Numbered from the stretch's first letter, positions 19,635-29,184 are shown. The stretch: 64,000 bases of DNA from Candidatus Dojkabacteria bacterium (GCA_030583845.1 CP129478.1:66655-130654), one strand, 5' to 3'. The notes: generated by a model not told the origin, from the sequence alone. Program-made: numbers and translations.

Positions 19635-21605
19635 ATGGCGGATGAAATTCAACTGCAATCTCCGATAACTGCCATCCCTCTGATCGGGCCTGCACAAGCG
19701 GGCAAATTGTCACGCTTAGGGATTACAACAGTAAACGACCTGCTTTACCATTTCCCTGTCAAATATAAAGACACCTCATCAATAGTGACTATCGAGCAGG
19801 CAAAAACTGCAGGCTCGGGCACAGTAAAGATTACAGTAGATGATATTAAGATGAACTTCACAAGGCGTGGCATGGTGATCACAAGGGCTGTAGTGAGAGA
19901 TGAAAGTGGCAGCGCGGGCATCGTATGGTTTAACCAACGATTTATCGTAAACAGCGTCAAGAAAGGGCATGACTACTTTATGGAGCTGAAGCTCCCCAAC
20001 AAGCCTGGCGCAAAAGATTTTTACTGTAACGAGTACGAGGAGGTGCAGGGCGAGCAGAAGCATCTGGGCAAGATTGTGCCGTACTATGACCAAACTGCTG
20101 GCATTAGCTCCAAATGGCTTAGGGCAAGGATGAGCACGCTGCAAGATAAGATCGACGAGATTGTCACCGACCCACTACCAAAGGCAATTATTAAGGAGCA
20201 AGGGGTAGTCGGCTTAAAAGAGGCACTGCACAAAATCCATTTCCCAGCGAGCTTTGAAGATGTCGAGGTGGCAAGAAAGAGACTCGCTCTAGATGAGATG
20301 CTAGGTGTCGCACGAAAGTTAGAAAAGAAGAAAGAGGAAACACGCGGCGGGTCAGCCCAACCTATAGAGGTAAAGGGTAGGGCGCTTCGGGAGTTTATAG
20401 GCGGATTGCCATTCATGCTTACAAATGATCAACAAAAAGCAATCGAAGAAATTCTTGGAGATATACAGAAAGAGCAGCCGATGTACCGGCTATTAAACGG
20501 AGATGTAGGCTCGGGCAAGACTATAGTGGCCGCGATCGCTTCATATATGACTGCGCTAAATGGCCGATCAACAATCATCATGGCTCCGACGACAATACTA
20601 GCCAATCAGCACTATGCTTCATTAAATTCAATCCTTGACCCGGAAGAGATTAACATCCAACTGCTGATAGCTGGCCAAACACTCGAGCCAACTATGAAAT
20701 CGCAAATAGTCGTGGGAACACATGCAATCCTTTTCGAGGAGTATCTACCAGACAATACAGGACTGGTAATTGTGGATGAGCAGCATAGATTCGGTGTAAA
20801 GCAGCGCGAGCAACTTCGCCAAACGGCATCAGGGCTCCGACCACACTACCTTACCATGACCGCCACGCCTATTCCGCGCACTTTAGCAAATGTTGTCTAC
20901 GGCGACATGGAAGTGTCACAGATCCGCGAGATGCCCAAAGATAGGCTACCCATCGAGACCCACGTCGTGCCATCAAAGAAATCTGCTGATTGCTACAAGT
21001 GGATCCACGATCGAATCGTTGCATCTAAGTTCGACGAGCAGGCATTTATCATATTCCCGCTAGTAGAGGAGTCAGAGAAAGTCGACCTTAAGGCTGCCAC
21101 AATCGCCCATGAGGAGCTAAGCAGCTCGATCTTCAAAGAGCTAAAGGTGGGACTGCTGCACGGTCGGATGAAAGAAGAAGAGAAGGATAAGGTGCTGAAA
21201 GATTTTAGAGATAAGAAATACCACGTGCTTGTATCTACTACTGTGATTGAGGTTGGAATCGACATCCCTGACGCCAGCATGGTCGTAATCGAGCACGCCG
21301 AGAGGTTTGGTCTTGCTCAACTGCACCAGCTGAGGGGTAGAGTAGGGCGTGGCAACAAACAATCTTTCTGTTACGTCATCCCAAGCCCCGATGTTGAGTT
21401 TGATTCACCAGCCTATGAGCGACTAAACTATTTTGCATCTCATAATTCCGGCTTCGATGTAGCAGAGTATGATCTGATAAGTCGCGGCCCTGGAGAGGTA
21501 TATGGTCTGAAGCAATCAGGGCTGCCAGACCTAAAGATAGCTGACTTCAACGACGTTGAGCTGCTGATAAAAGCTAGAGAGATCGCGAGACGACTCTCTA
21601 GCTAA
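19635..21605 (+). CDS. recG: ATP-dependent DNA helicase RecG
   Basis: N-terminal wedge domain. Walker A GDVGSGKT and DEQHRFG (DExH) motif. Two helicase domains. Length 656 aa. Confidence 0.9.
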   Translation: MADEIQLQSPITAIPLIGPAQAGKLSRLGITTVNDLLYHFPVKYKDTSSIVTIEQAKTAGSGTVKITVDDIKMNFTRRGMVITRAVVRDESGSAGIVWFNQRFIVNSVKKGHDYFMELKLPNKPGAKDFYCNEYEEVQGEQKHLGKIVPYYDQTAGISSKWLRARMSTLQDKIDEIVTDPLPKAIIKEQGVVGLKEALHKIHFPASFEDVEVARKRLALDEMLGVARKLEKKKEETRGGSAQPIEVKGRALREFIGGLPFMLTNDQQKAIEEILGDIQKEQPMYRLLNGDVGSGKTIVAAIASYMTALNGRSTIIMAPTTILANQHYASLNSILDPEEINIQLLIAGQTLEPTMKSQIVVGTHAILFEEYLPDNTGLVIVDEQHRFGVKQREQLRQTASGLRPHYLTMTATPIPRTLANVVYGDMEVSQIREMPKDRLPIETHVVPSKKSADCYKWIHDRIVASKFDEQAFIIFPLVEESEKVDLKAATIAHEELSSSIFKELKVGLLHGRMKEEEKDKVLKDFRDKKYHVLVSTTVIEVGIDIPDASMVVIEHAERFGLAQLHQLRGRVGRGNKQSFCYVIPSPDVEFDSPAYERLNYFASHNSGFDVAEYDLISRGPGEVYGLKQSGLPDLKIADFNDVELLIKAREIARRLSS

Positions 21606-21627
21606 GAGTGCAGGCTTGGTCGGAAGC

Positions 21628-22131
21628 CTATTCCACATCCTCCTCAAGCCAATCTATCCAGCTCTCTGACCAATCCACCGAGTCGCCGCTAAACACTAGC
21701 TCACCCATGAAATGCCTCTGATATCTGAGCATGTCAGGTACCCATAGCTCATCGTCTTCAAGCATCTCATCGAGCGGGAGTGAGTCTACGTCAAACCAGT
21801 TTGCCGCGACTTCCTGATTCTCCTCAAGCTCACCATCCCAATCACGGATTATGTAGACATGCCTATCAACAATCCTTCGCTCCTCCTTAATTCGGATTTT
21901 TCCGACCTCTTCATAATCTGCTATCTGCACCCCAAGCTCCTCATAGGCTTGACGAGCAAGAGCATCTGCCAAAGTCTTATCATTATCTGGGTCGAACTTG
22001 CCACTTACACCATTCCATTTGACTTCTCTCTGAGGATGGTCGTTTCCTGCTCTGTGTTGAGCTAGGCATACCTGAGTCTTTCCATCTTTCTCCCTCACAA
22101 GAAACCCGTGGGCAGTTTTGACTTGCAGCAT
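21628..22131 (-). CDS. NUDIX hydrolase
   Basis: Nudix box G-x5-E-x7-REAYEELGV. Length 167 aa. Confidence 0.75.
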   Translation of the reverse strand: MLQVKTAHGFLVREKDGKTQVCLAQHRAGNDHPQREVKWNGVSGKFDPDNDKTLADALARQAYEELGVQIADYEEVGKIRIKEERRIVDRHVYIIRDWDGELEENQEVAANWFDVDSLPLDEMLEDDELWVPDMLRYQRHFMGELVFSGDSVDWSESWIDWLEEDVE

Positions 22132-22187
22132 TATTATTTATGTAAAAATTTATTTACAGATTTAAATAGTGAAGAATGAGTGAGATC

Positions 22188-22490
22188 TTACTCAAACTCC
22201 TGCAACATAAGCTGGATGTTTTCGTCTGTGGCAACAGCTGCATCAAATATATCTGCGCTGTTTAGCAACCGCTTCTGCTTATCTCTGCTCAGGTTGGCTC
22301 GAAGCACCTTAAGCACTAGCCTCAGCTTACGAACAGTGAGGATATACTCTGGGAAATATTTGTTTACAACCTCGTCGTTGTCAAGAAGACCTTTATCTAC
22401 GCATTGCTCAATTTGTAGAGTCGAAAGCTCACTTAGCTCGGCAAGCTCTTCTAAGGAAACAAAGTCTGAATGCATCTTTATGAATGTCAT
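22188..22490 (-). CDS. putative MerR/CbpM-like HTH protein
   Basis: 100 aa. The N-terminal region resembles a MerR-type HTH (LSTLQIEQCVDKGLL). Weak call. Confidence 0.3.
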   Translation of the reverse strand: MTFIKMHSDFVSLEELAELSELSTLQIEQCVDKGLLDNDEVVNKYFPEYILTVRKLRLVLKVLRANLSRDKQKRLLNSADIFDAAVATDENIQLMLQEFE

Positions 22491-22543
22491 AACTTTACCG
22501 AAGCTAAACTTAATACTTACATTTTATTTCGTTACCCTTACCC

Positions 22544-22583
22544 TGTCAAGTATGTCAACTTGCAACTTGACAATGGTTTGACA
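22544..22583. promoter_or_regulatory. nested palindromic operator candidate (TGTCAA x2 / TTGACA x2) in the lexA promoter region
   Basis: TGTCAA at 22544 and 22553; TTGACA at 22567 and 22578. The inner pair forms the near-perfect 20-bp palindrome TGTCAAcTTGCAAcTTGACA. TTGACA at 22578 followed by TATATA about 17 nt downstream gives a sigma70-like promoter. Confidence 0.45.
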
Positions 22584-22625
22584 AAAATGGTACAGTTAAG
22601 ATATATAAGTTAAATATCTTGTAGT

Positions 22626-23261
22626 ATGCATCAGATACAGAAGGACCTTTTAGCCCTATCCAGAAACATAAATTTAGGTGAGCGCTCTCTTAGAGAGATA
22701 GGCTCGCTGATTGGAGTTGACCACCCACAGAAGGTGCAACACCATCTCGAGCAGCTAGAGAAGAAGGGATTTATCACCATTGATAGATCTGCAAAGACAA
22801 TTAAGAATAATAATTATGATCCGAGTAAAGAGAATCGATTTATAAATGTACCAATTGTGGGATCTGCGAGCTGTGGCCCCGCACAGCTTATTGCCGAGGA
22901 GAACATTGATGGCTTCCTCAAAATCTCAAAGTCAACTCTAAAACAGGAGAAGGTTATCGCAGTTGTGGCTAGTGGAAACTCTATGAATAAGGCAAAGATT
23001 GAAGGCAATTCTATAGAAGACGGAGATTATGTAATAGTAGACTACCTAGATAGGGAGCCACTGCATGGCTCCTACATTCTTTCTGTAGTAGACGGCGCCG
23101 CCAATATCAAGAGGTTATATGTGGATAAGGATAACCAGCAAGTTGTACTGCTTTCAGAGTCTTCTCAGAATTATCCCCCGATCTATATCCACGAAAAGGA
23201 TTACTCTGACTTTATGATAAATGGAAAAGTTGTCCAAGTTATAAAGAAGCCAAAGTTTTAG
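22626..23261 (+). CDS. lexA: LexA-family repressor (S24 peptidase)
   Basis: N-terminal winged HTH. Cleavage-site and catalytic-Ser region (VASGNSM) and a catalytic Lys (ANIKRLY). Confidence 0.8.
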   Translation: MHQIQKDLLALSRNINLGERSLREIGSLIGVDHPQKVQHHLEQLEKKGFITIDRSAKTIKNNNYDPSKENRFINVPIVGSASCGPAQLIAEENIDGFLKISKSTLKQEKVIAVVASGNSMNKAKIEGNSIEDGDYVIVDYLDREPLHGSYILSVVDGAANIKRLYVDKDNQQVVLLSESSQNYPPIYIHEKDYSDFMINGKVVQVIKKPKF

Positions 23262-23452
23262 CCCAGCGCCATATTTACCAATACAGGCATTGCGTAACGC
23301 CGCCACTTTTGTTAATATCCTGCCACGGTGGTGGTGACGCTTAGTGCCAGCTGTCCCCACAGCAATACCCCATGGCAGAGCAAGGGCTGGAGCGATTCAG
23401 AACCTACTTATGCGAACACGCCACCGTATTGATAGCGCCACAAATTGGGGAA

Positions 23453-24523
23453 TTAGACAAGCACCTCGTCAGGAGTAGAATCCTTAAACGAGTTCACAGC
23501 CTTATTATCGAACATACTGATCTTCTTAAAGGCGATAAATCCTATTAGGAGCGGAATCCATAGCGTTATCCCTCTATAAGCCAGAATTACAGCCAACGAC
23601 TTCCCACTATCATATCCGATTGCAGACATAGCGACCTGTACAAGCCCTTCCGCCACGCCGATTCCTTGCGGAGTAGGGGAAATAGTCGAAAAGAGCAACA
23701 GAAGCGAGTAACAGACAATAACCCCAGCGGCAGTCACGGGAGCACCAAAAGCGATAAAAAGACAGATCATAGCGATCAATTGTGTCAAATGGACCAAGAA
23801 TGTACCTACTAGCTCACCCCAGTATCTACCACTACCATGCGCTACTGTCTTGCTAGAGATGCAGTAATCGTGAACGTTTACTTCGAATGAATTTGATGAA
23901 AGGGCGAAGAGCCCCCCGACCTTGCTCCACTTATTTGAGATCCACACGGCAAATCTGTTGAGCGTAACTGGACGTCTATCGCCCGATAACAGTGTCAAAC
24001 AGATTACAAACAGCTCAACACTGTATAAAGTTACGGCTATGAAACCAAGCGACTTAATATAACCGTTGTATGGCGCCACATAATAGAGTGCCGGCAGTAT
24101 CAACGAGATGCCCCAAAACCCATATAAAATCCAGACGACAAGTGTACCGACCAATGCTCCACCAAGCGAGCGAGGATTTCTTGATGAATATAGATTTGCG
24201 TGATAAAGCGTGCCACCCCAGCCAGAGGTGGGATTAATAATGCTCACAAACATGAAAGCAAAAAAATTCTGGATCGCACGAGCTATTGATGTCTCATTAT
24301 AACCAAGCTTGCTCACAGATGAACGATAAAGTATTGCTAGCAGGCAAAATGAGAGCATAGAAATTGCGAAAGCAACAGCAAACCATCGATAGTCTGCATC
24401 TCTGACTACCTCGACAAAGTCCTCTATATCAGCAAAATACTTGTTAATAAACCAGAAGAAGGCAATCACTAAGCCCCAATATACGATACGTTTAAGCCAG
24501 ATGGTAAATTTTGATTTTTTCAT
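23453..24523 (-). CDS. polytopic membrane protein (flippase-like / UPF0104-like)
   Basis: 356 aa with about 8 predicted TM helices and no catalytic motif recognised. Confidence 0.35.
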   Translation of the reverse strand: MKKSKFTIWLKRIVYWGLVIAFFWFINKYFADIEDFVEVVRDADYRWFAVAFAISMLSFCLLAILYRSSVSKLGYNETSIARAIQNFFAFMFVSIINPTSGWGGTLYHANLYSSRNPRSLGGALVGTLVVWILYGFWGISLILPALYYVAPYNGYIKSLGFIAVTLYSVELFVICLTLLSGDRRPVTLNRFAVWISNKWSKVGGLFALSSNSFEVNVHDYCISSKTVAHGSGRYWGELVGTFLVHLTQLIAMICLFIAFGAPVTAAGVIVCYSLLLLFSTISPTPQGIGVAEGLVQVAMSAIGYDSGKSLAVILAYRGITLWIPLLIGFIAFKKISMFDNKAVNSFKDSTPDEVLV

Positions 24524-24566
24524 TTAAGCCTTTGAGATAAGCATCACTTCGGATATAATACCAAAA

Positions 24567-25100
24567 ATGCCAGGAGTTATAAATTTCCTTTATCGACGGG
24601 CATTAGAAGCGATGAGTAGAAATTCAGAAAGTAAAACGCTACATATTGTTTTGGATAATATCCGATCTGCATTTAATGTCGGCAGCGTTTTCCGTACTGC
24701 TGATGCAATAGGAAATTGCCAGATCTATCTGTGCGGCATCACTTCAACTATCGACAACCCAAAGATCTACAAGACCGCCCTTGGTGCGACAGAAAGCGTG
24801 CCATCCAAGCATTATCCAGATTCGATGATGGCAATCTCAGAGCTTAAAGAGGCGAATATACCGATCTTCAGCGTTGAGATCACAGATGGAAGCCAGCATT
24901 TTCAAGAAGTTGAATACCCAGAAGAGGTAGCTCTGGTATTGGGGCATGAGCGGCTAGGAGTGAACCAATTGATAATTGATCAATCTGACAAGCTTATCCA
25001 TATCCCTATGAATGGGATGAAAGAGTCGCTAAACGTAGCAATTGCCGGCAGTGTTATAATGTACGAGGCAGTACGACCTTCAATTAAACCCTTAAAATAA
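24567..25100 (+). CDS. SpoU/TrmH-family RNA 2'-O-methyltransferase
   Basis: SPOUT motifs (LVLGHERLGV; IPMNGMKESLNVAIAGSV). Length 177 aa. Confidence 0.75.
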   Translation: MPGVINFLYRRALEAMSRNSESKTLHIVLDNIRSAFNVGSVFRTADAIGNCQIYLCGITSTIDNPKIYKTALGATESVPSKHYPDSMMAISELKEANIPIFSVEITDGSQHFQEVEYPEEVALVLGHERLGVNQLIIDQSDKLIHIPMNGMKESLNVAIAGSVIMYEAVRPSIKPLK

Positions 25101-25113
25101 ACAGAAACCTGAA

Positions 25114-25851
25114 ATGGGCCTCAAATATGACTCGCTAAGAAAATTAAGAAAGCAGAAGCATAAGCTTAAAGCAGACAGCTGGGAAGAGTATGACAAGCAC
25201 GAGGACGAGATGCTTAAAGAGATGCTTCGGCATCAAGAACCAACTGTAAAAGGGAAAGTAAGGGTAACCGGTGGTAAGGTGAGAGGGTTTAAGATTGAGA
25301 TTCCACATAAGACGAGGCCTCTAACGGATAGGATGAAGACGCGAATATTCGATATATTGCGTGAGGATATTTTCAACAAGACAGTGCTAGATATCTATGC
25401 CGGCTCTGGCTCTTTCGGATTCGAAGCGCTATCAAGAGGTGCAAAAGAGGTGACCTTTGTAGATGCGGCCAAGCAAGCAGAGAAGATTCTCCATCAAAAT
25501 GCCAGGCATACAGGATTTCTTACCGAGACCTCGATTATTCGTGAGAAGGCTGATGAGTATGTAAAAGGAGCAATCTCACGAGAAGAGCAGTACGAGATTA
25601 TTTTTATGGATCCACCCTACAAGCTGTATAACACCAAGAAAAAGCAGGCTATGTCGCAGCTTATCACTGGATTACGAGAGCTGCTTCCAGGGTATAAAGA
25701 CCGGGAAACCAAGCTTTTCCCAGGAGCACTTATTATCAAGCATCCGTACTACTACCCACTAGCTGATGTGATCGAGACGATCGAGGGGATTGAGATAATG
25801 GATACTTATAGATTCGGTATGAATGCAGTGACATTCGTGATTCTCCAGTGA
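25114..25851 (+). CDS. rsmD: 16S rRNA (guanine966-N2)-methyltransferase RsmD-like
   Basis: VRVTGGKVRGFKI N-terminal motif. LDIYAGSGSFGFEALSRGA SAM motif. DPPY catalytic motif. The N-terminal extension is about 40 aa. Confidence 0.75.
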   Translation: MGLKYDSLRKLRKQKHKLKADSWEEYDKHEDEMLKEMLRHQEPTVKGKVRVTGGKVRGFKIEIPHKTRPLTDRMKTRIFDILREDIFNKTVLDIYAGSGSFGFEALSRGAKEVTFVDAAKQAEKILHQNARHTGFLTETSIIREKADEYVKGAISREEQYEIIFMDPPYKLYNTKKKQAMSQLITGLRELLPGYKDRETKLFPGALIIKHPYYYPLADVIETIEGIEIMDTYRFGMNAVTFVILQ

Positions 25852-26036
25852 GACAGTTGATTAATCGCTCCATGAGGTATAAAATTGCTATTGTGTACAG
25901 AGTATTAGGCGCAAAGCGCAACAAAATCGACAAACTTGTATATCCAACATGCAGCTAATGCTAGTTTTTCCTTTTCCATTTTATGGAGAATCCCTATCAA
26001 TGGGAGATTTATCACATTAATTGAACAGAAACCGTT

Positions 26037-27848
26037 ATGAGTAAGAAAGAAAAGAAGTCAAAAAATCCAGACGTCCCAGAATTAGAGAAGATGAGGCATA
26101 CAGCAGCGCATGTATTGGCACAAGCAGTATTGAAGCTTTACCCCGAAACCAAGCTGGGTATCGGGCCAGCCATAGAAAATGGCTTCTACTACGATTTTGA
26201 CTTTGCTGAGCCAATCAGTGAGGAAGATCTTCCAAAAATCGAAGCAGAGATGAAGCAGATCATTAAGTCAGACCTGAAGATGAATCAGGAATTTGTAGAG
26301 CGAGACGGGGCGATTGAGAGATATAAGGCACTTGAGCAGAAGTATAAGCTCGACCTAATGGAAAATGTAGAGGGCGACCCTCTAAGCTTCTATGTGACAG
26401 GTGACGGAGAGTTTGTAGACCTATGCCGAGGCCCTCACGTTGATTCGACCAAGAAAGTTGGCCATGTAAAGCTGCTTAGCCTTGCCGGTGCTTACTGGAG
26501 AGGCGATGAGAAGCAGCCAATGCTTACCCGAATATATGGCACTGCATTTGCAACTAAAGAGGAGTTAAAAGCACATCTTGATAACCTCGAGCTGGCAAAA
26601 GAGCGAGACCACCGAAAGCTTGGAAAAGAGCTAGGGCTATTTACCTTCTCTGAGACTGTGGGAAAGGGCTTGCCACTCTGGACTCCAAAAGGCTCGATTA
26701 TTAGACGCGAGCTTGAAAGATTTATTGTCGACCTCGAGACCGAGCGAGGATATCTACATGTCTACACTCCAGATATTGCAAATCTGAAGTTGTATGAGAA
26801 ATCAGGCCACTACCCATACTATAAAGAGTCGATGTACTCACCGATCGAGATTGACGATGAGAAATATATGCTTCGCCCAATGACCTGTCCGCATCACTTT
26901 GAGCTATTCTTGAGCGAGCCGAGAAGCTATCGTGACCTCCCGATGAGGATCGCAGAGCTGGCAAAACTGTATCGATATGAGCAGTCTGGCGAGCTGTCAG
27001 GACTAATGAGGGTTCGATCATTCTGTCTCTCAGACGCTCACATAGTATGTGCAGATGATGAGCAGGCTAAAGATGAGATTCGACTTGTATTGCAGCTGAT
27101 CGAGGATGTTGCCGGGACTTTTGGATTAAAGATGGGTGATAATTTCTGGTACAGACTCTCGCTTGGAGATAGGGAAGATGAGAAGAAGTACTACAAGGAC
27201 GACAAGGCTTGGGACAAGGCAGAAAAGATCTTACGAGATGTACTGGTAGAACGAGAGGCTATCTTCGAGGAAGCAGAAGATGAAGCAGCTTTCTACGGGC
27301 CAAAGATCGACATCCAGATGAAGAATGTGGCCGGTAAGTCAGACACTGCATTCACTGTTCAATACGACTTCGTGATGCCTAAGAGGTTTAAACTAAACTA
27401 TATCGACGCAAACAACGAGGAGCGTGAGGCTGTAGTCGTCCACAGATCAGGCATTGGAGCAGTTGAAAGAACTGTTGCTTTCTTGATTGAGCATTTTGGA
27501 GGGGCTTTTCCGCTTTGGATTTCGCCGGAACAGGTCCGAATCCTTCCAATTACAGATAAGCACCTTGAGTATGCCGAAGCGCTTAATGAACAGCTAAAGT
27601 CAGAAGGGATAAGATCTATGGTTGATAACCGTAATGAGCGACTTCAATACAAGATACGCGATGCCGAGGTAAATAAGATCCCTTATACCCTCGTAGTAGG
27701 CGACAAAGAGGTTGAAACAGATACGATTGCAGTGCGAGTCCGTGGGCTAAAAGATCAAGGGCTTCACAAAAAGGACGAGTTTATCAATATGGTAACCGAA
27801 GAGATTGATAATAGAAGCATAGGCCTGATGGTAGGCAGTAAGAAATAG
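26037..27848 (+). CDS. thrS: threonine--tRNA ligase (lacking the N1/TGS domain)
   Basis: Editing-domain His pair (HTAAHVLAQ). Class-II core with the ERDHRKLG motif. C-terminal anticodon-binding domain. Length 603 aa. Confidence 0.9.
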   Translation: MSKKEKKSKNPDVPELEKMRHTAAHVLAQAVLKLYPETKLGIGPAIENGFYYDFDFAEPISEEDLPKIEAEMKQIIKSDLKMNQEFVERDGAIERYKALEQKYKLDLMENVEGDPLSFYVTGDGEFVDLCRGPHVDSTKKVGHVKLLSLAGAYWRGDEKQPMLTRIYGTAFATKEELKAHLDNLELAKERDHRKLGKELGLFTFSETVGKGLPLWTPKGSIIRRELERFIVDLETERGYLHVYTPDIANLKLYEKSGHYPYYKESMYSPIEIDDEKYMLRPMTCPHHFELFLSEPRSYRDLPMRIAELAKLYRYEQSGELSGLMRVRSFCLSDAHIVCADDEQAKDEIRLVLQLIEDVAGTFGLKMGDNFWYRLSLGDREDEKKYYKDDKAWDKAEKILRDVLVEREAIFEEAEDEAAFYGPKIDIQMKNVAGKSDTAFTVQYDFVMPKRFKLNYIDANNEEREAVVVHRSGIGAVERTVAFLIEHFGGAFPLWISPEQVRILPITDKHLEYAEALNEQLKSEGIRSMVDNRNERLQYKIRDAEVNKIPYTLVVGDKEVETDTIAVRVRGLKDQGLHKKDEFINMVTEEIDNRSIGLMVGSKK

Positions 27849-27868
27849 ATAATTTATATATTTATAAT

Positions 27869-28504
27869 ATGTACAAGAAAAGCTCATTTAATTACAAGAG
27901 AAAGAGCGGTGGATACCGCAGGGACAGCTACCAAGACCGTAGTAGAGATTTTGGTCCTAGACGAAACCATATGATTAGAGTCCCTGAAGTGATGCTTATT
28001 GATGAAAACAACGAGAATGTAGGCGTTGTAGCAGTGCAAATAGCACAAACGAAGGCGCGAGATGCCGGATTGGATCTGGTAGAGGTAGCTCCAAATGCCA
28101 AGCCGCCGGTGTGCCGCATCATGGATTACTCGAAATTCCTGTATGAGCAGAAGAAAAAACAGCGTGAGGGCAAGCAAAAGACCAAGAATAAGCCACTCAA
28201 GCAGTTCAAGTTTAGTCCTGTAATAGATCAAAACGACATCGAGTATAAGTCAAAACGGGCAAAGGAGTATCTTTCAAAGGGTCACCAGGTGCGCTTGACC
28301 ATGGAGAGACGTGGTCGCCAGACCCATGAGCAGGCAAAGGAGACTTTCCTCGAGATATTGACTAAATTTGAGGGTTATAGTACTATCGAACCCGTACCAA
28401 AGACCGAAGGTAAAAAGATATTTATAACTTACAAGCCCGATGGCAAGAACCCGAAAACCAAACAAAACGAAGAAGACAGCACTCAAGAGGCTAAGGAAGA
28501 GTAA
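27869..28504 (+). CDS. infC: translation initiation factor IF-3 with basic N- and C-terminal extensions
   Basis: IRVPEVMLIDENNENVGVV N-domain motif and an IF3 C-domain. Length 211 aa. Confidence 0.8.
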   Translation: MYKKSSFNYKRKSGGYRRDSYQDRSRDFGPRRNHMIRVPEVMLIDENNENVGVVAVQIAQTKARDAGLDLVEVAPNAKPPVCRIMDYSKFLYEQKKKQREGKQKTKNKPLKQFKFSPVIDQNDIEYKSKRAKEYLSKGHQVRLTMERRGRQTHEQAKETFLEILTKFEGYSTIEPVPKTEGKKIFITYKPDGKNPKTKQNEEDSTQEAKEE

Positions 28505-28661
28505 CCCAAAGGGTAACCGTAAGTCTAAGCTTGTTTACAACGAAAGTTCGCAGGGCCACCTAAAGACAAAAAAGTCACGAAGGGCCAAGAGGCGAAAGAG
28601 CACTCGAACAGTAGTAAGTAGCTCCATTCAGAAGAGATATAAGAAAGTATTAAGCATATAG
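28440..28661 (+). CDS. rpmI: 50S ribosomal protein L35
   Basis: KTKKTALKRLRKSNPKGNRKSKL...HLKTKKSRRAKRRKSTRTVVS aligns with the L35 consensus. The ORF overlaps the infC 3' end by 65 nt in another frame. Confidence 0.7.
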   Translation: MARTRKPNKTKKTALKRLRKSNPKGNRKSKLVYNESSQGHLKTKKSRRAKRRKSTRTVVSSSIQKRYKKVLSI

Positions 28662-28667
28662 CAAATC

Positions 28668-29006
28668 ATGAGAACTAAGACAGGTATTGCAAGACGCAGA
28701 CGACACAATAAAGTATTGAAGGCAACCAAGGGTTATAGAATGACCAAGGGTCGTCTGTACCGCGTTTCACATGAGGCTTACCTCCACGCTGGTAACTACT
28801 CATTCGCACATAGAAAGCGAAGACCAACTCAGATTCGAAGAGTATGGATTGACAGAATCAATGCAGCCGCTCGCCTAAACGACACAACATATAGCGAGCT
28901 TATGGATAAGATGCACAAGGCGGATGTCAGACTAAACAAGAAAGTGCTTGCTGATATTGCATATAACAACCCTGAATCATTTAGTAGCCTAGTTAAGTCC
29001 TTGTAG
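28668..29006 (+). CDS. rplT: 50S ribosomal protein L20
   Basis: Canonical L20 sequence (ARRRRHNKVLKATKGY...WIDRINAAARLN). Confidence 0.9.
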   Translation: MRTKTGIARRRRHNKVLKATKGYRMTKGRLYRVSHEAYLHAGNYSFAHRKRRPTQIRRVWIDRINAAARLNDTTYSELMDKMHKADVRLNKKVLADIAYNNPESFSSLVKSL

Positions 29007-29030
29007 ATTCAGATTATAGTGGTGGATGAC

Positions 29031-29067
29031 AGGGACCTTTTACAAAATAAAAGGTCCCTTTTTATTT
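29031..29067 (+). terminator. rho-independent terminator after rplT
   Basis: 11-bp stem AGGGACCTTTT/AAAAGGTCCCT with a 7-nt loop, followed by TTTTATTT. Confidence 0.75.
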
Positions 29068-29091
29068 ATATATGGACTTAGGCTAATGAGT

Positions 29092-29139
29092 CCGCTAACT
29101 TATAGTCCGTCTCCGAGGCTTTGGACTATAAGTTAGCGG
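29092..29139. repeat. interspersed IR element, compact copy (17-bp perfect arms CCGCTAACTTATAGTCC, 14-nt loop)
   Basis: Arms at 29092-29108 and 29123-29139. Sits just upstream of the GGGTATAAT -10 element (29143-29151) of pheS. Confidence 0.85.
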
Positions 29140-29184
29140 GGATGGGTATAATGTGTATAATATATTGCTAAACAATTAACCTTC

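Noticed and set aside
22141-22158. TGTAAAAATTTATTTACA near-palindrome between the NUDIX gene and the MerR-like gene
   Set aside because: It is an imperfect palindrome in an AT-rich spacer and most likely a chance feature.
23262-23452. GC-rich 190-bp convergent spacer after lexA, inspected for a tRNA/small RNA
   Set aside because: No T-loop (GTTCRANYC), no acceptor/CCA geometry and no terminator were found. There is no support for an RNA gene.
25852-26036. T-box or other riboswitch leaders upstream of thrS, and likewise pheS, tyrS and hisS
   Set aside because: The spacers are 68-185 nt, which is too short for a T-box, and no AGGGUGG-type T-box sequence or specifier-loop architecture was seen.
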